Shown in pieces: positions 45,506-51,907 of a DNA stretch of 51,907 bases (position 1 is its first letter; every line of letters begins with the position of its first letter). Where the stretch lies: positions 1 through 51,907 of the forward strand of contig JANOWT010000101.1 in NCBI GenBank assembly GCA_031418115.1, read 5' to 3'. A program made the position numbers and the translations under genes. Source of the DNA: Gemmatimonadota bacterium (GTDB taxonomy: Bacteria > Gemmatimonadota > Gemmatimonadetes > Gemmatimonadales > Gemmatimonadaceae). The notes beneath the pieces were generated by a model. It ran no database searches. It was not told where the DNA came from and saw nothing but the letters and a program-made list of their open reading frames with translations.

Positions 45506-45514
45506 GTAGTTCGA

Positions 45515-46057
45515 TCACAACTCGTCGTGATCATCCTCACCCGGCGTGAGGATCCGCAGTCCATCCGGATACTTTCCCTTCTCCTCTTCCCACGCCGTCA
45601 TCGCTGCGCGCTTCTTGAGGAAGCTCAGGTGGTCCACGAAGAGCTTCCCGTGCAGATGGTCGATCTCGTGCTGCAGACAGACCGCCAGCAGGTCGCGCCC
45701 CTCGACCTCGATCACCTCGCCGTTCCGATCGAGCGCCCTCACCTTCACCCACTGCGAACGTTCCACCCAGCCGAAGATCTCGGGGATCGAGAGGCACCCT
45801 TCCTCCCATTTGATCTTGCCCGTGCGGTCGATGATCTCGGGGTTGAAGAGCGCGTACGCCTGCTCCTCCACCTCGACCACGCAGAGCCGCTCGCTGCGGC
45901 CGATCTGCGGAGCCGCGAGCCCGACGCCCTGCGCGGCGCGCATCGTCTCGAACATGTCGTCGGCGAGCGCGCGCAGGTCATCCGTCACCTCGGTCACGGG
46001 CGTCGTCTCCTTTCGCAGGATCGCAGCCCCCAGCACCGTGATGGGGCGGATCGCCAT
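45515..46057 (-). CDS. def: Peptide deformylase
   Basis: GVGLAAPQIG, EGCLS, QHEIDHLHG. Confidence 0.97.
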   Translation of the reverse strand: MAIRPITVLGAAILRKETTPVTEVTDDLRALADDMFETMRAAQGVGLAAPQIGRSERLCVVEVEEQAYALFNPEIIDRTGKIKWEEGCLSIPEIFGWVERSQWVKVRALDRNGEVIEVEGRDLLAVCLQHEIDHLHGKLFVDHLSFLKKRAAMTAWEEEKGKYPDGLRILTPGEDDHDEL

Positions 46058-46058
46058 G

Positions 46059-46418
46059 TCAGAGCGCCGCGTCGTCGCCGCCGACGGCAGCGATGCGGCC
46101 ACGCGTCACGACGAGCTTCGACTCACCGCTGCGGATCGTCACATGATCGCCCAGGCCAGAGACGGGCTGGCCGTCCTTGAGCCCTTCCTTGATGTGGATC
46201 ACTTCGCCGACGATCCCGCCCGCGGTGACGACCTGGTCGCCCTTCTTGATCGACATGACCTTGGACTCGTGATCCTTGCGCTGCTTGGACTGCGGCCGGA
46301 TCACGAGAAAGTAGAAGATCGCGAAGATCGACCCGAACATCACGAACGAGCCGATAGGCGAAGGGCCGGTGGCCGCAGCCGCGGTGGTCTGGGCGAAGAA
46401 GGTCGGAAGCATGGTCAT
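46059..46418 (-). CDS. yajC: Preprotein translocase subunit YajC
   Basis: IFYFLVIRPQ, KKGDQVVTAGGIVG. Confidence 0.95.
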   Translation of the reverse strand: MTMLPTFFAQTTAAAATGPSPIGSFVMFGSIFAIFYFLVIRPQSKQRKDHESKVMSIKKGDQVVTAGGIVGEVIHIKEGLKDGQPVSGLGDHVTIRSGESKLVVTRGRIAAVGGDDAAL

Positions 46419-46498
46419 AGGACGGTCGCTTGGGGGATCCCGCTTGTACGTGCGTCTGCAAATCTACATTCGCACTCGCCCGCGCGCCTATGAGCGTC

Positions 46499-47635
46499 TC
46501 ATCGGACCAGCATCGCGTCGCCATACGAGTAGAAACGGTAGCCGTCCCGCACCGCCACATCGTAGGCATGCATCGTGAGCTCGTACCCGGCGACGGCCGC
46601 GACGAGCATGAGCAGTGTCGAGCGCGGCAGGTGGAGGTTCGTCACCAGAAGGTCGGCCGAACGCGGACGGTACGGCGGCCGGATGAAGATCGACGTCTCA
46701 GCGCTCCCGGCGCGGAAGCGGCCGTCCTCACCCATTGCGCTCTCGATCGTGCGCAGACTCGTCGTGCCGACCGCGCAGATGCGTCCGCCGCCCACGCGAG
46801 TGGCGTTGAGCAGTGCCGCCGTCGCGGCGGGCAGGTCGTACCACTCCTCATGCATCACGTGCTCCGCAGGGTCCTCGGCCTCGATGGGCTTGAACGTCCC
46901 CGCACCCACATGCAGCAACACTTCGGCGCGACGTATGCCCTGCTGTTCGAGCAGGTCGAGCAACTCCGGCGTGAAGTGCAGCCCCGCCGTCGGTGCCGCG
47001 ACGGAGCCCTCCTCACGTGAGAAGACCGTCTGGTAGCGTTCGGCGTCGCTCTGCGCGTCGGCGCGGTCGATGTACGGCGGCAGCGGGATATGTCCGTGCG
47101 TCGCGATCGCCGCGTGGATCGCCGCGCGGAGCGCCGTGCGCGCGGACACTGTTCCCTCGCCGGATGCACCGGTGCCCTCGCCCGCTGACTCGGTGCTCTC
47201 GCGCGCCGGGGACAGATGCAAGCGCACCCGACGAGTCCCGCGCGCGGTCGCCTCGAGCATCTCGGCGTCGAACCCAGGCGCCACGTGCACGCGTCTCCCG
47301 GGCTTGAGCTTGCTGCCGGGCTGCACCATCGCCTCCCAGGTGTCGTCGTTGAGCTCGCGCAACAGGAACACCTCGGCGCTCGCACCCGAGTCGCGGTGGC
47401 CGAGCAACCGCGCGCGGAAGACACGCGTCGTGTTGAGTACGAGCGCATCGCCGGCGTTCAAATAGTGTGGGAGCTCGCGGAACACGCGGTGTTCGATCGT
47501 CCCAGCCGCACGGTCGAGGACCATGAGACGACTCTCGTCCCGTCGTGCGGCCGGCGACTGGGCTATCTGCCCCGCCGGGAGCGCGAAGTCGTAGTCCGAC
47601 GTGCGCAGACCACGGACCGTCGTTGGCTCGCTCAT
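46499..47635 (-). CDS. queA: S-adenosylmethionine:tRNA ribosyltransferase-isomerase
   Basis: DYDFALP..IAQ, PLPPYI, YQTV, GSVAAPTAGLHFT, YRFYSYGDAM. Confidence 0.96.
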   Translation of the reverse strand: MSEPTTVRGLRTSDYDFALPAGQIAQSPAARRDESRLMVLDRAAGTIEHRVFRELPHYLNAGDALVLNTTRVFRARLLGHRDSGASAEVFLLRELNDDTWEAMVQPGSKLKPGRRVHVAPGFDAEMLEATARGTRRVRLHLSPARESTESAGEGTGASGEGTVSARTALRAAIHAAIATHGHIPLPPYIDRADAQSDAERYQTVFSREEGSVAAPTAGLHFTPELLDLLEQQGIRRAEVLLHVGAGTFKPIEAEDPAEHVMHEEWYDLPAATAALLNATRVGGGRICAVGTTSLRTIESAMGEDGRFRAGSAETSIFIRPPYRPRSADLLVTNLHLPRSTLLMLVAAVAGYELTMHAYDVAVRDGYRFYSYGDAMLVR

Positions 47636-47660
47636 GCGTCGCGCCGCGGCACGGAACGCG

Positions 47661-48692
47661 TCAGAAGAGGTCGGCCTGCGGAGCTGGCGTCGTCGCCGGC
47701 GGCTGATACCCGAAGTGCCGGTACGCCTGCGGCGTGGCCATGCGGCCGCGCGGTGTGCGCTGAAGGAAACCGTTCTGCACGAGGAACGGCTCGTAGACCT
47801 CCTCGATGGTGTCGGCGTCCTCGCCCACGGCAGCGCCGATCGTGCCCACACCCACCGGACCACCGTCGAATTTCTCGATGATCGCGCGCAGGATCCGCGC
47901 GTCCATCTCATCGAGCCCGAACTCGTCCACGTCGAGCATCGCGAGCGCCTCGCGCGCGACTTCGAGTGTGATGTGTCCCTCGGCCTTCACCTGCGCGAAG
48001 TCCCGCACGCGCCGCAGCAAACGGTTCGCAACGCGCGGCGTGCCTCGTGCCCGTCGTGCGAGCTCATGCGCACCGCCGGTGTCGATCCCCGCCGCGATCA
48101 CCGCCGCCGTGCGATGCACGATCTCCTCGATCTCGTCCACCGGGTAGTAGTTCATCCGCAGTTCGATCCCGAAGCGCGCACGCAACGGCGCGGTGAGCAT
48201 CCCCAGCCGTGTCGTTGCGCCGATGAGCGTGAAACGCTCGATCGGCATCGTGATGGTCTGCGCCTTGGGGCCCTCGGAGAGCCGGATGTCGATCTTCCAG
48301 TCCTCCATCGCCGGGTAGAGGAACTCGTCGATGATCGGGCGGAGGCGGTGGATCTCGTCGATGAACAGGATGTCGCCGGCCCGCAGGTTGGTGAGCGTCC
48401 CGACCAGATCACCCGGCTTCTCGAGCGCCGGCCCCGACGTGGTGTGGATGTTCACGCCCATCTCGCGCGCGATCAGCTCGGCGAGCGTCGTCTTGCCGAG
48501 GCCCGGCGGTCCGAACAAGAGCGTGTGATCGAGCGGTTCCTTTCGCCCCATCGCTGCATCTATGTAGATGCGCAGCGCGTCCTTCACCTTGCCCTGACCG
48601 ATGAACTCCGCGAGTCGCTGCGGACGCAGTGAGAGTTCGACGACCGATTCGTCGGCGATCGACTCGGGGGTGGTGATCTCGGCGCGGCTCAT
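47661..48692 (-). CDS. ruvB: Holliday junction branch migration helicase RuvB
   Basis: [38 protein letters not shown]. Confidence 0.98.
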   Translation of the reverse strand: MSRAEITTPESIADESVVELSLRPQRLAEFIGQGKVKDALRIYIDAAMGRKEPLDHTLLFGPPGLGKTTLAELIAREMGVNIHTTSGPALEKPGDLVGTLTNLRAGDILFIDEIHRLRPIIDEFLYPAMEDWKIDIRLSEGPKAQTITMPIERFTLIGATTRLGMLTAPLRARFGIELRMNYYPVDEIEEIVHRTAAVIAAGIDTGGAHELARRARGTPRVANRLLRRVRDFAQVKAEGHITLEVAREALAMLDVDEFGLDEMDARILRAIIEKFDGGPVGVGTIGAAVGEDADTIEEVYEPFLVQNGFLQRTPRGRMATPQAYRHFGYQPPATTPAPQADLF

Positions 48693-48703
48693 GAGCTGGG
48701 AAT

Positions 48704-49309
48704 CTACTTGGCGATCGCCGCGAGCGAACGACGGATCAGATCGGCGGTCGACTCACCCTTCGGCGCACCTTCTAGCGTGGCGCGCACGGCGCGTTCGGCG
48801 TCGGTCGGAGCGTAGCCGAGTGCGACGAGCGCGCGCACCGCATCGCTGCCGGGGCCGGACGGTGCGGTGGCGCGGCTCGGCGCGGCGAGATCCTCGACGC
48901 CCGTCCCTTCGAGCTTGTCGCGTAGCTCGAGCACAAGGCGCTCAGCGAGCTTCTTGCCGACGCGCGGGACCTGCGTGAGTGTCGCCAGATCGCCAGCGCG
49001 GATCGCACGCACCAGTCGATCACCGGTGAGCGTGGAGAGCAGGTTCATCGCGAGCGACGGCCCCACACCGGTGGTGCCCATCAGTCGCTGGAAGAGTCGG
49101 CGTTCTTCCGCGGTCGGGAAGCCGAAGAGCAGCCACGCATCCTCGCGCACGACCATCGCCGTGTGCAGTGAGACGTCGCCGCCCACTCGGGGAAGCTTCT
49201 CGAGCACGCTGAGCGGAACCAGCACCTCGTACGCGAGGCCGCTCGCGGTCATGATCTCGATCCGGTCGAGGCCGCCGGCGACGAGCGTGCCTTGGATGCG
49301 AGCGATCAT
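48704..49309 (-). CDS. ruvA: Holliday junction branch migration protein RuvA
   Basis: [32 protein letters not shown]. Confidence 0.96.
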   Translation of the reverse strand: MIARIQGTLVAGGLDRIEIMTASGLAYEVLVPLSVLEKLPRVGGDVSLHTAMVVREDAWLLFGFPTAEERRLFQRLMGTTGVGPSLAMNLLSTLTGDRLVRAIRAGDLATLTQVPRVGKKLAERLVLELRDKLEGTGVEDLAAPSRATAPSGPGSDAVRALVALGYAPTDAERAVRATLEGAPKGESTADLIRRSLAAIAK

Positions 49310-49827
49310 CGCGCACTCCGGGGAGCGAGAGTGCCCGTGCGCGCCGCGAGTGCGTGCGTGAGCGCCTGTCGCATGGCACAGGTGAGCGCGGCGGCGACGC
49401 CGTCGGCGGCGTCGGCGGGCTGGGGCGCGCTCTTGAGTCTCAGCAGCTTGGTGATCATGAACTGCACCTGGGTCTTGGTCGCGTTGCCCGTGCCGGTGAT
49501 CGCCTTCTTGATCTCGGCCGGCGGATACTCGTGGATCTCGACACCGGCATCGGCACCGGCCAGCAGGATCACGCCGCGCGCGTGACCGAGGACGATCGTC
49601 GTGCGCACGTTGCGAGCATAGAAGACGTCCTCGACCGCCATCGCGTCTGGCTGGTGCCGCGCGAGCAGTTCGCGCACGCCGTCACTGATGTCCTTGAGCC
49701 GTGCGGAGAGTGGCCGATCCGGTTTGGTGCGGATCACTCCGCACTCCACGAGCGCCGGCTGTGTCCCGGTGCGCACCACACCGTAGCCGGTGACGGCCGT
49801 GCCGGGGTCGATGCCGAGGATCAGCAC
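49306..49827 (-). CDS. ruvC: Crossover junction endodeoxyribonuclease RuvC
   Basis: ILGIDPG, AVEDVF, GHARGV, DAADG. Confidence 0.96.
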   Translation of the reverse strand: MLILGIDPGTAVTGYGVVRTGTQPALVECGVIRTKPDRPLSARLKDISDGVRELLARHQPDAMAVEDVFYARNVRTTIVLGHARGVILLAGADAGVEIHEYPPAEIKKAITGTGNATKTQVQFMITKLLRLKSAPQPADAADGVAAALTCAMRQALTHALAARTGTLAPRSAR

Positions 49828-49885
49828 GAGGCTGCTCTGTCGGTGCCGCTGCGAGTGCCTACGCCGGTACGCCCGCCGGTGCGGC

Positions 49886-50629
49886 TCACCCCGCCGTGAT
49901 CTCGGAGATGTCGATGTCGAAGTTCGCGTCGACCTTCTGCACGTCGTCGAGATCCTCGATCTGTTCGAGCAGCTTGATCAGCGCATCGGCCGCGCTGCCT
50001 TCGACCTTCACGGTGTTCTTGGGGATCCACGCGAGCTCCGCCTCGGTCGCGACGAGGCCGGTCTTCTCGAGCGCCTGCTTGACCGCATGGAGGTCCGACG
50101 GCGCCGTGGTGATCACGAACTGCCCGTCCTCCGCCGCGAAGTCCTCGGCGCCGGCATCGAGCACCTGTTCCATCACGCTGTCCTCGTTGCGCCCGTTCGC
50201 CGGGACGTAGATCTGTCCCTTGCGGTCGAACATGAACGACACCGAGTTGCTCGCGCCGAGGTTGCCGCCGTACTTGGAGAGTTTGAATCGCACCTCAGCG
50301 ACAGTACGCGTGGGGTTGTCGGTGAGCGCCTGGATCATGAGCGCCACGCCGCCCGGGCCGTAGGCCTCGTAGAGCACCTCGGTGTAGTCCATGCCCTCGA
50401 GCTCACCGGTGCCCTTGAGCACAGCGCGCTCGATGTTCTCCTTGGGGCACGACTGCGCCTTGGCGTTCTCGATCGCGGTACGCAGTCGAGCATTGCCGTC
50501 GGGATCGCCGCCGCCGGCCTTGGCCGCGACGGTGACCTCACGGAGCACCTTGGTGAACATGGCACCACGCTTCTTGTCCGTTGCTGCCTTGTAGTGCTTG
50601 ATCTGCTTCCACTTGCTGTGGCCGGCCAT
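49886..50629 (-). CDS. yebC: YebC/PmpR family protein
   Basis: MAGHSKW, YEAYGPGG, TDNPTRT, DLDDVQKV. Confidence 0.96.
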   Translation of the reverse strand: MAGHSKWKQIKHYKAATDKKRGAMFTKVLREVTVAAKAGGGDPDGNARLRTAIENAKAQSCPKENIERAVLKGTGELEGMDYTEVLYEAYGPGGVALMIQALTDNPTRTVAEVRFKLSKYGGNLGASNSVSFMFDRKGQIYVPANGRNEDSVMEQVLDAGAEDFAAEDGQFVITTAPSDLHAVKQALEKTGLVATEAELAWIPKNTVKVEGSAADALIKLLEQIEDLDDVQKVDANFDIDISEITAG

Positions 50630-50643
50630 TGAACTGCAGGTCT

Positions 50644-50664
50644 GAGGTGGGAGGTGGGAGGTGG
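50644..50664. repeat. Heptamer tandem repeat (GAGGTGG)x3
   Basis: Read directly; lies 15-35 nt upstream of the yebC start. Confidence 0.85.
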
Positions 50665-50818
50665 CAGGGGCGCGCCCTGCGCACTTCGCCGAGTCAGAAA
50701 GATACCGTGCTCGCCAGCCGACTGTAGAGGCGCTACGTGGCGATCAAAGCATGGCTCGCCGGACCCCTGAATGAAGCGAGGCGACCCCGACCCCGGAGCC
50801 GCCCCACTTCGCAGTTTC

Positions 50819-50850
50819 CCTCACACCTCACACCTCACACCTCACACCTC
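50819..50850. repeat. Heptamer tandem repeat (CCTCACA)x4.5
   Basis: Read directly; immediately follows the stop codon of the upstream OMP gene. Confidence 0.9.
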
Positions 50851-51907
50851 TCAGTTCCACCGCACCGTCAGCCCACCCCTCATCCCCGTCACGTCCGTCG
50901 CGATGCCGCTCCCCGTGTCATACAGGTTGCCGATGCTGTAGCCGACCGACGGAAAGAGTCCGAAGTTGCCCGCGTTCAACCGTAACCGCACACCGGTGTT
51001 GAACATGTTGCCGGCCTTCACGCCGCCCACCTGCCAGAGGCGCATCTCGACGCTCGGCTGGATCAACAGCCCACCTGCAGTGATGCTCATGCCGGCGTTG
51101 AGGCTCGCGATATTCTCCTTCGGTGCGGGGCCCGCGTACTGCTGGCCGGCCATGCGGAACAGGTTCCACCCCGAGAGCGAGAGGCTGTTGTTGCGCACAG
51201 GGAACGTCCACGATCCCGACGCGATCAGTCGGTCGCCCGTGCTGTAGATCGTCGTGTCACCGGCGACATCGTCGCCGAACGCCGAGTACGAGAGGCCGAG
51301 CTGCACCTGTCCGTCACCTACCGGGCGATCGAGACCGAGATTGAGGCGGTACTCGTCGGCAGGCTGGAACCGGAACTCGGCGCTCGCGTCGCCGAACGCG
51401 GCGAACTCGGTCGATTTCCGCATGCTCGCGCCGGCGCCGAGGTTCCAGCTGCCGATCGCGCGGGCGAACGCGATGCCCCCGGTCCCCGCGAGCCCGTTGC
51501 CCATCGACGAGATCGGGTAGCCCAGGAAGTCGTTGCCGATCTGGCCCGCCGCGACAACTTGGCCTGCGGGGATCGTGTACTGGCCGGTCGGGATATTGAA
51601 CCCGAAAGTGAAGATGAGCGTCTGGTCGGCGAACGCGTAGTTACCGCGCACCTGTGTATCAGTGAGGCCCTTGATGCTGCTCGTCGAGCTACCGCCGGTG
51701 ATCACGTCCGTGATGGCGTACGCGGTGGTGATGTCCATGGTGAAGCGCTCGCTGAACGGCAGCGCGAACACGATCGGGATGGCAGTTTGCGCCACCGTGG
51801 ACTTGTTCCCGGCGGTCTCCAAGGAGTAGGACGTCGACTGGAGCGCCACGGCGACGGATGTACTCCGGAGCCCCTGCGCGGGCGCGAGAGCCGGCAGCAT
51901 GACGGTC
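50851..51907 (-). CDS. Hypothetical outer-membrane beta-barrel protein (probably 5'-partial)
   Basis: Frame is open to the window end; tail of a signal peptide (..ALAPA|Q), amphipathic beta-strands, terminal GLTVRWN. Confidence 0.72.
   Translation of the reverse strand, partial: TVMLPALAPAQGLRSTSVAVALQSTSYSLETAGNKSTVAQTAIPIVFALPFSERFTMDITTAYAITDVITGGSSTSSIKGLTDTQVRGNYAFADQTLIFTFGFNIPTGQYTIPAGQVVAAGQIGNDFLGYPISSMGNGLAGTGGIAFARAIGSWNLGAGASMRKSTEFAAFGDASAEFRFQPADEYRLNLGLDRPVGDGQVQLGLSYSAFGDDVAGDTTIYSTGDRLIASGSWTFPVRNNSLSLSGWNLFRMAGQQYAGPAPKENIASLNAGMSITAGGLLIQPSVEMRLWQVGGVKAGNMFNTGVRLRLNAGNFGLFPSVGYSIGNLYDTGSGIATDVTGMRGGLTVRWN

Noticed and set aside
49306-49827. RuvC nuclease as part of a Cas/TnpB or defence system
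   Set aside because: Canonical stand-alone ruvC within the yebC-ruvCAB operon.
50819-50850. Repeats as a CRISPR array
   Set aside because: 7-bp tandem units with no spacers and no cas genes.

Overview
High-GC bacterial chromosomal window, most consistent with a diderm Gemmatimonadota-like organism (inference from gene content and style, not a database result). It holds about 47 CDS; I could not support any rRNA, tRNA, CRISPR array, integrase or transposase. The right half is mostly housekeeping: yebC-ruvCAB-queA-yajC-def-fmt-rsmB-rpe-TlpA-tsaD-lgt, an EamA-HAD-CYTH-hyp-acpS operon, and an FNR-tamA-tamB-two-component-Zn finger-peptidase run. The middle has aroB/pduO, an orphan Ser/Thr kinase, an alternative sigma70 factor, and glcDEF-HAD-ygfZ. 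The best candidate for an undescribed system is a compact four-gene cassette at 2364-7690: an outer-membrane beta-barrel, a TagF-type CDP-polyol phosphotransferase, an MsbA/PglK-type ABC exporter, and a LicC-like cytidylyltransferase fused to a membrane anchor and periplasmic beta-domain. It suggests a teichoic-acid-like or phosphodiester surface-modification pathway in a Gram-negative envelope. Other signals are enrichment of Bacteroidota-type O-glycosylation sequons D-[S/T]-[A/I/L/V/M/T] in exported proteins, a tiny Met-rich MDSTK-repeat lipoprotein, a HAD with its catalytic Asp residues replaced by Glu, an NtrC-like regulator lacking GAFTGA, an MCP with no canonical start codon, repeated leaderless-type promoters, a recurring 25-bp palindrome, and inverted heptamer repeat tracts.
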